The notes under the pieces: generated by a model
What the model saw: the letters and a program-made list of their open reading frames with translations, nothing else
Databases searched by the model: none
Told to the model about the DNA's origin: nothing
Made by a program: the position numbers and the translations under genes
Shown here: one piece after another, positions 46,742 through 53,808 of the stretch
How the letters are laid out: every line of letters starts with the position of its first letter
Numbering within the stretch: position 1 is the stretch's first letter
Source: a virus
Taxonomy: Duplodnaviria > Caudoviricetes
DNA length: 64,000 bases
Strand: one strand, 5' to 3'
Virus record (IMG/VR): IMGVR_UViG_3300008116_000002

Positions 46742-46946
46742 ACCCCCGGGATCCCTTACCCGGTAATATTACTAGGGGGTATTGACAGCCACAATGTCAG
46801 GGTGTCGAGATCGGAGCTACCTCAAAACTCCTGGGAAGGAGTGACGAAAAGTCTCGAAGGACAGCGCTGCAACTGACCTTAATAAAAGCGGACGGACAGT
46901 GAAACAACTCAGGAAAGGGCGAGTGCTGGGTGCTCGTAGCTTTCCA
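46742..46946 (+). ncRNA. Unidentified structured RNA A
   Basis: Nested stems ACCCCC/GGGGGT, TGACA/TGTCA, GTCAG/CTGAC, TCGAGA/TCTCGA, ACTCCT-GGGA-AGGAGT, GGAAAG/CTTTCC; ends in CCA. Confidence 0.55.
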
Positions 46947-46948
46947 TT

Positions 46949-47030
46949 GCCCATGTGGTGAAATGGTAGACACGCTTGCCTTAGGAGCAAGTACGAGAGT
47001 GTGGCGGTTCGAGTCCGTCCATGGGCACCA
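46949..47030 (+). tRNA. tRNA-Leu(TAG)
   Basis: CTTGC-CT TAG GA-GCAAG; long variable arm; CCA. Confidence 0.93.
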
Positions 47031-47124
47031 TATTGAAGTGTTGTTTAGGGTGGCAGGTAAAAGTTTAACAAGACTTTGAGGGCTGGAATTCCCGATCTGT
47101 GAACAGCAGAACACTTCAATATGG
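47028..47124 (+). repeat. Inverted-repeat spacer 2
   Basis: CCATATTGAAGTGTT/AACACTTCAATATGG, 15 bp, includes the Leu CCA and the Ala 5' GG. Confidence 0.85.
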
Positions 47125-47197
47125 GGAATTGGCGTAATTGGGAACGCAGTAGCTTTGCAAGCTTCAGTCAGGAGTTCGAATCTCCTATTCTCCACCA
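47123..47197 (+). tRNA. tRNA-Ala(TGC)
   Basis: GTAGC-TT TGC AA-GCTTC; G3.U70; CCA. Confidence 0.93.
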
Positions 47198-47204
47198 AAT
47201 ATTT

Positions 47205-47282
47205 CGGGGAGTAGCTTAGTCCGGTTAAAGCGCCTGCTTTGGGAGCAGGAGATCGAGAGTTCGAATCCCTCTTCCCCGACCA
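47205..47282 (+). tRNA. tRNA-Pro(TGG)
   Basis: CCTGC-TT TGG GA-GCAGG; CCA. Confidence 0.95.
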
Positions 47283-47289
47283 GTTTTAT

Positions 47290-47364
47290 TCCAGAGTAGC
47301 TCAGCGGCAGAGCCGCGGACTGTTAATCCGTTGGTCGTTGGTTCGATCCCAACCTCTGGAGCCA
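47290..47364 (+). tRNA. tRNA-Asn(GTT)
   Basis: GCGGA-CT GTT AA-TCCGT; CCA. Confidence 0.95.
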
Positions 47365-47370
47365 GTTTTA

Positions 47371-47455
47371 GGATGACGAGCAGCATTGGTGACTGCAGCA
47401 GACTGTAAATCTGTCGCCTCAGGCATACGGGGTTCGATTCCCTGGTCATCCACCA
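47371..47455 (+). tRNA. tRNA-Tyr(GTA)
   Basis: GCAGA-CT GTA AA-TCTGT; long variable arm; CCA. Confidence 0.94.
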
Positions 47456-47458
47456 TAC

Positions 47459-47533
47459 GGGAGATTAGCTCAGTGGTAGAGCAGCGCCCTTACAAGGCGA
47501 AGGTCAATGGTTCGACCCCGTTATCTCCTACCA
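47459..47533 (+). tRNA. tRNA-Val(TAC)
   Basis: CGCC-CT TAC AA-GGCG; CCA. Confidence 0.94.
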
Positions 47534-47541
47534 GATTTTAT

Positions 47542-47618
47542 CTGGCGTTAGCTCAGTTGGATAGAGCAACAGCCTTCTAAGCTGTGGGTCGGGGGTTCGA
47601 ATCCCTCACGCCAGGCCA
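47542..47618 (+). tRNA. tRNA-Arg(TCT)
   Basis: ACAGC-CT TCT AA-GCTGT; CCA. Confidence 0.95.
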
Positions 47619-47624
47619 TACAAT

Positions 47625-47698
47625 TGGGGATTAGTGAAATGGTATCACACCGGATTTTGATTCCGAGGTCGTAAGTTCGATTCTTACATCCCCTGCCA
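47625..47698 (+). tRNA. tRNA-Gln(TTG)
   Basis: CGGA-TT TTG AT-TCCG; CCA. Confidence 0.93.
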
Positions 47699-47730
47699 AA
47701 TCGTTATTAAAGTGTTAATAAAACAAATGC

Positions 47731-47759
47731 TTGACAAGAAATTGATTCGGTGTTATAAT
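47731..47759 (+). promoter_or_regulatory. Strong early promoter
   Basis: (TGC)TTGACA-17 nt-TATAAT. Confidence 0.85.
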
Positions 47760-47788
47760 TATGATATAATGTAAATAAGGAGATACAA

Positions 47789-47929
47789 ATGCAACGAAAA
47801 CGTATCGCCAAGCCCCGTAACCCGCTGGTGGCTTTGGCATTGTTTAAGAAAGCGGGTAAGCATCAAAAAACAAACAAAGCATTACGTAGGGAATATAGAG
47901 CGGGCATAGCTCAGTTGGTAGAGCAGTAG
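47789..47929 (+). CDS. Small basic protein, 46 aa, whose stop lies inside tRNA-Lys (not in ORF track)
   Basis: MQRKRIAKPRNPLVALALFKKAGKHQKTNKALRREYR-AGIAQLVEQ; SD AAGGAG; own promoter. Confidence 0.7.
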   Translation: MQRKRIAKPRNPLVALALFKKAGKHQKTNKALRREYRAGIAQLVEQ

Positions 47930-47975
47930 ACTTTTAATCTATGTGTCGTGGGTTCGAATCCCTCTGCCCGTACCA
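47900..47975 (+). tRNA. tRNA-Lys(TTT)
   Basis: GTAGA-CT TTT AA-TCTAT; CCA. Confidence 0.95.
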
Positions 47976-48059
47976 TATTAAAACACATTTCGAGCGGTGT
48001 TCCGATATCGGCCAGCCCGCCCCAAAGTAGATGTCTAGGGTAGTGTGTTTTAATATGGT
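47972..48059 (+). repeat. Inverted-repeat spacer 3
   Basis: ACCATATTAAAACACA/TGTGTTTTAATATGGT, 16 bp, includes the Lys ACCA. Confidence 0.85.
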
Positions 48060-48410
48060 GAAGAAGCAAGGTTGGGATTTCGTCAGATAATGACGGTGCG
48101 CTGAAAAAACCCAGTAATGCGAAGCCGAAAGGCATCCTTGCGGTAAGCAGAAAGTTGGCGTGGCGACCAATCATCATAAAGTTCCGGTTACTACTTTCCT
48201 GAAAGTAGCGTATGGTAAACGAGAAAGTCCCGGTGGCTATGGCACCGTTAGCGAGACATAGACTCTGTATTTCGATGCGGTGTCTCCGGTGTCTCAGACA
48301 ACATAGCAACGTGGACACTACGCAGCAAACCGCTATTAGTGTTTGGACAGGGCAACAACTCCAGCATAGGGGCGATCTGTGGAAAGACGTGGCCTAAGCA
48401 AGAATACGAT
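48060..48410 (+). ncRNA. Unidentified structured RNA region B
   Basis: GCAAGG/CCTTGC, CGTCA/TGACG, GCC-GAAA-GGC, CTACTTT/AAAGTAG, CGGTG/CACCG, GAGACA/TGTCTC with a TTCG loop; no credible ORF. Confidence 0.55.
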
Positions 48411-48486
48411 GGTGTCTATAGTGTAGTGGTCTGCACGCCAGATTGTGGGCCTGGCAGTATGAGTTCAATCCTCATTAGACACCCCA
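48411..48486 (+). tRNA. tRNA-His(GTG)
   Basis: Encoded G-1; CCAG.-TT GTG GG-.CTGG; C73; CCA. Confidence 0.88.
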
Positions 48487-48508
48487 AAGTTAATCGCGTG
48501 TGAGGCGT

Positions 48509-48522
48509 GGGGCTTCGGCCCC
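48509..48522 (+). terminator. UUCG hairpin
   Basis: GGGGC-TTCG-GCCCC. Confidence 0.5.
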
Positions 48523-48540
48523 TAACCTATTTGTACTTGT

Positions 48541-48630
48541 GGAAGTGTGGCAGAGTCCGGTTTATTGCAACAGTCTTGAAAACTGTCGAACAGAAATGTT
48601 CCGTGAGTTCGAATCTCACCGCTTCCGCCA
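48541..48630 (+). tRNA. tRNA-Ser(TGA)
   Basis: ACAGT-CT TGA AA-ACTGT; long variable arm; G73 CCA. Confidence 0.95.
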
Positions 48631-48643
48631 CTAAGGAGTAATT

Positions 48644-48793
48644 ATGCCAATGTATGAAACAACAGTAAGAACGCCACAGGGTGAAGTAAAAGATAGAGTG
48701 TTTGCAAAAGATTTACAAGAAGCAAGAATGCTTTTTGAACAAAGACACGGACCTAGAAACGTACCATATATACCTAAAGTAATTCCAAGTTAG
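48644..48793 (+). CDS. Small protein, 49 aa (not in ORF track)
   Basis: MPMYETTVRTPQGEVKDRVFAKDLQEARMLFEQRHGPRNVPYIPKVIPS; SD AAGGAG. Confidence 0.65.
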   Translation: MPMYETTVRTPQGEVKDRVFAKDLQEARMLFEQRHGPRNVPYIPKVIPS

Positions 48794-48805
48794 AAGGAGA
48801 AACAA

Positions 48806-49369
48806 ATGCCTGCAATTTTTTTAGTTAGTGATACTCATTTCGGCCATGCAGGCGTTTGTAAATTTCTACGTGACGATGGCACTAAATTACGTCCATGGGA
48901 TAACCCCGAGGACATGGATGAAGAAATGGTCAAGCGGTGGAATGAAACTGTTAGACCAAAAGATAAAGTTTATCATTTAGGAGATGTAGTTATTAATCGA
49001 AAGGCTTTAAAAACGCTTAGTAGATTAAACGGTGAAAAGGTCTTAATCAAAGGTAATCACGACATCTTTAAACTTGAAGAATACACTGAGTATTTTAAAG
49101 ATGTTCGAGGTTATCATGTACTGAATGGAATGATTCTAAGCCACATTCCTATTCATGAAGAAAGCCTTGCGAGGTTCGGGACTAATATTCATGGACATCT
49201 ACATTACAATCGTGTAAAGAAAAATGAAGTCATTGATCCTCGTTATCACTGCGTATGTGTAGAGCATACCGACTACCGCCCAATTCTTTTTGAGGATGTC
49301 ATTAAAAAGATTCAAGAAGAGGGTGGGCATATTGGATTTAAAAATGGCAATGGACCTATTATAGATTGA
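48806..49369 (+). CDS. Calcineurin-like metallophosphoesterase
   Basis: SDTHFGH, HLGD, KGNHD, SH, HGHLH. Confidence 0.9.
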   Translation: MPAIFLVSDTHFGHAGVCKFLRDDGTKLRPWDNPEDMDEEMVKRWNETVRPKDKVYHLGDVVINRKALKTLSRLNGEKVLIKGNHDIFKLEEYTEYFKDVRGYHVLNGMILSHIPIHEESLARFGTNIHGHLHYNRVKKNEVIDPRYHCVCVEHTDYRPILFEDVIKKIQEEGGHIGFKNGNGPIID

Positions 49370-49379
49370 GGAGTTTGAA

Positions 49380-49586
49380 TTGAATACTAAGTTGAAAGCA
49401 ATTAAACAGACAGCTATGATGGTAGTTATCATATGTCTTATTCCTATGATTCTAACGTTTTTGTTTACTTCCGAGATAGCATCTTATATTTTTATCATAG
49501 GTATGGTAGCATTTTTTATATACATTATGTATTCTGTAAATCTAGCATTTATAGAATTTGAGGAAAAGTTTAAAAATAAGGAGTAA
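49380..49586 (+). CDS. Small two-TM membrane protein
   Basis: TTG start after GAGGAG; two hydrophobic helices. Confidence 0.55.
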   Translation: MNTKLKAIKQTAMMVVIICLIPMILTFLFTSEIASYIFIIGMVAFFIYIMYSVNLAFIEFEEKFKNKE

Positions 49587-49592
49587 GTATTT

Positions 49593-49687
49593 GGAGCGTT
49601 GGCCGAGTTGGTCGAAGGCACTTTCCTGCTAAGAAAGCATCTGGGCAAAAACCTGGATCATTGGTTCGAATCCAATACGCTCCGCCA
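49593..49687 (+). tRNA. tRNA-Ser(GCT)
   Basis: CTTTC-CT GCT AA-GAAAG; long variable arm; CCA. Confidence 0.94.
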
Positions 49688-49692
49688 GCAAT

Positions 49693-49728
49693 GCCCCCGT
49701 AGTTTAATGGTAAAACAGCGGATTGTAT
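49693..49728 (+). pseudogene. 5' half of a tRNA gene, truncated in the anticodon loop
   Basis: GCCCCCG-TA-GTTT AATGGTA AAAC-A-GCGGA-TT..., with no matching 3' half. Confidence 0.7.
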
Positions 49729-49733
49729 AAATA
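49726..49733 (+). promoter_or_regulatory. T4-type late promoter
   Basis: Exact TATAAATA at the truncation point, upstream of the endonuclease SD. Confidence 0.7.
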
Positions 49734-49752
49734 ATAGTAAAGGAGAAATCTT

Positions 49753-50403
49753 ATGCTATTATGCAAATTTTGCCAAAAAGAATGTAAGAATGAAAACTCA
49801 TTGAGGAATCACAAGAGACTTTGTAAAGAAAATCCAAATAAACAACCACACCCTAAAGGTAATAGCGGAAAAGTTGGTTGGAATAAAGGGCTAACTGCAG
49901 AAACTGATGATAGAGTTTTTGCTAATAGAGAAGCTTTACGAAAACAAAGAAAAGAAAATGGTTCTAATTGGATAGGAAGAAAGCATTCAGATGAAACTAA
50001 AGAATTATTATCAATAAGAGCGTCTGAACGTTTATGTAAAAATTCAAAATACTCTATAAATTTTGAATATAAACCTGGAATCATATTAGAATCTTCATAT
50101 GAAGTTGAAACTGCTAAAATTTTAGATGAATTGAATATAGAATGGATTAAAGTTAGGACTGGTTATAAATGGGATGACAATGGAAAGATAAGAAGATATG
50201 TCCCTGATTTTTTCCTTCCGAAATATAACATATTTCTAGATCCAAAAAATGATTATTTGATTAAAAAAGACAAAATAAAAATAGATTCTGCAATGAAACT
50301 TAATTCAATAACTATTATTGTGTTATCAAAAGATGATTTGAATGTAGAATCTATAAAAAGTAAATTGCCTACCGTAGCTCAAGGAGAGCAGGGTGCCTTA
50401 TAA
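49753..50403 (+). mobile_element. Free-standing homing-endonuclease-like gene (Zn finger, NUMOD3-like, PD-(D/E)XK)
   Basis: CKFC...HKRLC; GRKHSDETKELL; SSYE...YVPDFFLP...LDPK. Confidence 0.7.
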
Positions 50404-50457
50404 GCACTTCGACCAGATAAGTCCCAGGTTGTGGTTCGATTCCGCACGGTAGGACCA
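50368..50457 (+). tRNA. tRNA-Ile(TAT) with long variable region
   Basis: CCTACCG/CGGTAGG acceptor; GGTGC-CT TAT AA-GCACT; TGTGG-TTCGATT-CCGCA; CCA. Confidence 0.75.
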
Positions 50458-50459
50458 GA

Positions 50460-50534
50460 GGTAATGTAGCATAACGGTAGTGCACCGCCTTCATACGGCG
50501 CAAGGTATAGGTTCAAATCCTATCATTACCACCA
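50460..50534 (+). tRNA. tRNA with CAT anticodon (elongator Met or Ile2)
   Basis: GGTAATG/CATTACC; CGCC-TT CAT AC-GGCG; CCA. Confidence 0.85.
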
Positions 50535-50544
50535 TAGTTTCAGA

Positions 50545-50620
50545 CGCGGATTAGGGAAGAGGTCATCCCGCTAGGCTCATAACCTGGAGATCGCTGGTTC
50601 GAATCCGGCATCCGCAACCA
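50545..50620 (+). tRNA. tRNA-fMet(CAT)
   Basis: C1xA72 mismatch; CTAGG-CT CAT AA-CCTGG; CCA. Confidence 0.85.
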
Positions 50621-50628
50621 GTTTATAA

Positions 50629-51216
50629 ATGAATATGAAAATTTATGATAATGTTTTACCGAATCAAACTTTTTCTAATTTAAAAAATAGAATTTTTGAT
50701 TCCAATTTCCCTTGGTTTTTTAGTAGAACTTCTGTAGAAAATCCTATAGAGGATAATATTTTAACCTATAGTTTTTCTCATGCGGTTATGAATCACGGTG
50801 TGCCAAATTCTATAATATTTGACACAATTAATAGTTGCATCTTAACCATGTTAGATAATTGTAATATAAAACTAAATATGTTATTAAGTATTAGACTTGG
50901 ATTACTACAACCAGTGTCTAGAGAAAATCATAGTAATGATCCGCACGTGGATAGTCAAGAAAAACACAAGGTGGGTTTATTCTATTTAAATACTACAGAT
51001 GGCGCAACAACAGTATATAATGAAAAGTACGATCCTTCTACAAAGATGGATCCAACAGAATATTATAGATCGGTTCTAAATAGAAATCTTTCTATTCAGT
51101 CCAAAGTAGAATGCACTGAAAATAGATTAGTTATTTTTGATGGTATGTATTATCATTCAAGTACTACTCCTACCGATGTACCTAGGAGAGTAGCATTAAA
51201 TTTTAATTTTGTATGA
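50629..51216 (+). CDS. 2OG-Fe(II) oxygenase (phage type)
   Basis: PHVD...YHSS...RRVALNFNF. Confidence 0.8.
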   Translation: MNMKIYDNVLPNQTFSNLKNRIFDSNFPWFFSRTSVENPIEDNILTYSFSHAVMNHGVPNSIIFDTINSCILTMLDNCNIKLNMLLSIRLGLLQPVSRENHSNDPHVDSQEKHKVGLFYLNTTDGATTVYNEKYDPSTKMDPTEYYRSVLNRNLSIQSKVECTENRLVIFDGMYYHSSTTPTDVPRRVALNFNFV

Positions 51217-51218
51217 TA

Positions 51219-51296
51219 CCGCCATTAGCTCAATTGGAATAGAGCGCAACGCTACGGACGTTGAGGTTAGGGGTTCGAGTCCTTTATGGCGGGCCA
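51219..51296 (+). tRNA. tRNA-Arg(ACG)
   Basis: CAACG-CT ACG GA-CGTTG; CCA. Confidence 0.93.
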
Positions 51297-51874
51297 GTTT
51301 CTGAAGGTGGAATTGCTATTAATTCTTCAATACCAAAGTAATAGTCTTTAAGAATTTCTGACATTAGATCGCATATTTTTATATTTTTTTCAAAACCAGC
51401 AAGATCATTTTTTCTACCTTCTATTTGCTTTTCAACAAGTTCAAGTATTAAATTTTTTCTTTTGGTTTTAGAATTTACTCGACGTAGTACTTGTTTTAAA
51501 TGTTCGAGATGAACATTACATACATTAATATTGTGGTGCATATCTGTTCGTATTTTTATAACCTCATCCTGCATTAGGACAATTAGATCATCTGTTTCTG
51601 GGTTTAAGTTAGGAACAAGTCTTGACACCATCTGAGAAATATGTTCTAATGCAGCATTGCGAAGAGTTAGATCTTCTGAGGACTCACCTAACAGATCAAA
51701 TTCTTTTCTTCGAATAGGATCGATTAGAATTTCATATGCAAGTTTAATACGAACGAATATTTGTTCATCCCCACCCTTGTCGGGATGATGCACTTGAGCC
51801 AATGAACGAAATTTTATTTTAATTTCTTCATCTGTTGCATCAATCGGAATATCTAATTCGATGTAAGGATTCAT
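51284..51874 (-). CDS. J-domain (DnaJ-like) protein
   Basis: N-terminal J domain with HHPDKGG; helical C-terminus. Confidence 0.88.
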   Translation of the reverse strand: MNPYIELDIPIDATDEEIKIKFRSLAQVHHPDKGGDEQIFVRIKLAYEILIDPIRRKEFDLLGESSEDLTLRNAALEHISQMVSRLVPNLNPETDDLIVLMQDEVIKIRTDMHHNINVCNVHLEHLKQVLRRVNSKTKRKNLILELVEKQIEGRKNDLAGFEKNIKICDLMSEILKDYYFGIEELIAIPPSETGPP

Positions 51875-51912
51875 GGCTATAAATTATTTTATAGTATTTA
51901 TTAGGAGATAGT

Positions 51913-52095
51913 ATGTCAGGAAAAGGATCTAAACCAAGACCATTTGCAATAACCAGGGAACACTTTGTAGAAAACTGGGATATGATTTTTAACAAAGAAA
52001 ACAATACTGGTACAGATAAAAATGAGTATCAAGACATTCTTTCAACCGAGGAAGCAGTATTATCAGCTTTCGAAAACTTAAAGGAAGTAAAATGA
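51913..52095 (+). CDS. Conserved small phage protein
   Basis: MSGKGSKPRP...NWDMIF; SD AGGAG. Confidence 0.7.
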   Translation: MSGKGSKPRPFAITREHFVENWDMIFNKENNTGTDKNEYQDILSTEEAVLSAFENLKEVK

Positions 52096-52991
52096 ATCTC
52101 GCTGGTGTTAACGGCAGCATAGCGGTCTCCAAAACCGAAGGACGGGGTTCGAATCCCTGGCGGGGTGCCAAATATATTGCTCTACTACTTGCATTCGTAA
52201 CTTGCTTTGCGTCTGCGCATGAGCCTAAAAAGAAAAAGAAAAAGAAAGTAGTTACTGCGGAAACTGCAAGCTATGTGGTGTACAACAATACAAAAGATGC
52301 TTACGAGTATATTAGAGAAAAAGAAAAGGTTCGCCCAATAGCAAGTGTCACTAAGCTAATGACGGCAATGGTTGCTCTAAATTATGATTTGAATTTAAAT
52401 CGAGAACTTAAAATTCAATCTAAGGTAGGTGGGACTTTACCGAGAAACAAAAGTTATACTAGGCAAGAATTGTTTGGAGCAATGCTTGTTCGAAGTGATA
52501 ACTCCGCGGCAGAAACTTTGGCTAGTGATTTTCCTGGAGGTAGAGAAGCCTTTATTCGTGAGATGAATAAATTTGCAAACTATATCGGTATGCGAGATAC
52601 AAACTTCGATGATCCAACAGGACTGAGCGCTGCAAATACTTCGACAGCCACAGATGTTGCGGCGATGGTTGCACATGCAGCACAATATACTTTGATTCGA
52701 GAAACTAGTACAAAGAAGCAGGTTGAAATTGATACTCAATATAAGAGAAAAATTAGAAAACTTGTTTTAAACAATACAAACAAACCTGTTCTTTTTAACT
52801 TTGATGATATTGTCGTTAGTAAAACAGGCTTTACCTCCAGAGCAGGATATTGTTTGGCTTTGGCAGTTGAACGAAACAATCAAAGATATTCTGTAGTTAT
52901 TTTGGGTTCTAGAAATAAGCAAGCTAGAATTCATAAAGCCGAGGACATTTTGTATAATCATATTGCATACAAAGATATTGACACTAATTAA
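52092..52991 (+). CDS. D-Ala-D-Ala peptidase S11 (PBP7/PbpG-like)
   Basis: SxxK (ASVTK), SxN (SDN) and KTG motifs; hydrophobic signal segment. Confidence 0.9.
   Translation: MNLAGVNGSIAVSKTEGRGSNPWRGAKYIALLLAFVTCFASAHEPKKKKKKKVVTAETASYVVYNNTKDAYEYIREKEKVRPIASVTKLMTAMVALNYDLNLNRELKIQSKVGGTLPRNKSYTRQELFGAMLVRSDNSAAETLASDFPGGREAFIREMNKFANYIGMRDTNFDDPTGLSAANTSTATDVAAMVAHAAQYTLIRETSTKKQVEIDTQYKRKIRKLVLNNTNKPVLFNFDDIVVSKTGFTSRAGYCLALAVERNNQRYSVVILGSRNKQARIHKAEDILYNHIAYKDIDTN
52096..52170 (+). tRNA. tRNA-Trp(CCA), nested in the S11 peptidase frame
   Basis: ATCTCGC/GCGGGGT acceptor; CGGT-CT CCA AA-ACCG; GGTTCGAATCC; G73 CCA. Confidence 0.85.
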
Positions 52992-53029
52992 GAAAGAATA
53001 TATAATTAGACTAGTTCAAAGGGGAAGTT

Positions 53030-53503
53030 ATGAGAAAAAAGTTGGACATTCAAGAAATCAAAAGTTTCATTGAATCGCAAAGCCCGGAAACTAAAATTTA
53101 TCTTGGAGCGGACTCTGAACGATATAAACATAATGGTAAATGGTATGCGGATTATACTATTGCAGTTGTAGTTCATATTGATGGTCGCCATGGGTGTAAA
53201 ATTTTTGGTGAGGTTCAAACTGAACTAGATTATGATGCAAAAAACAGCAAACCATCTATGCGTTTGATGAATGAGGTCTACAAGGTTGCAGAATTGTATC
53301 AAAAGATTGTGGATGTCGTCGAGGACAGACACGTAGAAATACATTTGGATATTAACCCAGATGAAAAACATAACAGTAGTATTGTGATTCAGCAAGCAGT
53401 TGGTTATATCAAAGGTATGTGTAATGTGGTACCTATGGTTAAACCAAAAGCATTTGCCGCAAGTTATGCAGCAGATAGACTTAAAGAATTGCTTGCAGCA
53501 TGA
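53030..53503 (+). CDS. RNase H-like protein (DUF458/YkuK-like)
   Basis: YLGADS, RLMNEV, IHLDIN, AAD. Confidence 0.75.
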   Translation: MRKKLDIQEIKSFIESQSPETKIYLGADSERYKHNGKWYADYTIAVVVHIDGRHGCKIFGEVQTELDYDAKNSKPSMRLMNEVYKVAELYQKIVDVVEDRHVEIHLDINPDEKHNSSIVIQQAVGYIKGMCNVVPMVKPKAFAASYAADRLKELLAA

Positions 53504-53508
53504 AATTC

Positions 53509-53582
53509 GCCCTCTTAGTTAAATGGTATAACAGTTGATTTGTAATCATCTATTGGCAGTTCGATTCTGTCAGAGGGCACCA
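53509..53582 (+). tRNA. tRNA-Thr(TGT)
   Basis: TGA-TT TGT AA-TCA; CCA. Confidence 0.92.
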
Positions 53583-53598
53583 TTTTAGAAAGGTCGGT

Positions 53599-53799
53599 AT
53601 GTTAGGATTGGAACAGGCAGGTGTATTTTTAGGAGCAACAATTCTTATTGGCTTTGGTATAGCATTTATTGGAATGGTTGTGATTTTTCTTAATAACATG
53701 ATTCATAGATTTTGGAAGCCGTTAAACTGGTTCGGAAAGTATTTTAACTTTAACGAGCCAACCAACCCTGAGCCTCCAAAAACTAAACCTTCATTATAA
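53599..53799 (+). CDS. Small membrane protein
   Basis: One long hydrophobic helix. Confidence 0.6.
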   Translation: MLGLEQAGVFLGATILIGFGIAFIGMVVIFLNNMIHRFWKPLNWFGKYFNFNEPTNPEPPKTKPSL

Positions 53800-53808
53800 G
53801 GAGTTTGT

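Noticed and set aside
46742-46946. tmRNA
   Set aside because: Too short, with no Ala-type acceptor/T-arm end and no tag frame.
48176-48235. RNase P RNA-like words (GAGAAAGTCC and TAAAGTTCCGGTTA)
   Set aside because: They occur in reverse order relative to CR-I/CR-V and P4 pairing would be poor; only an Infernal search could revive this.
46528-48397. ORF-track calls over the tRNA array (46528+, 46797-, 47225-, 47386+, 47911-, 47934-, 48212+)
   Set aside because: They overlap clear tRNAs or structured RNA, lack SD sequences, and arise from locally high GC.
49693-50457. Group I intron splitting a tRNA
   Set aside because: No 3' exon complementary to GCCCCCG/GCGGA follows, and no P7-like core is visible; the downstream tRNA is complete on its own.
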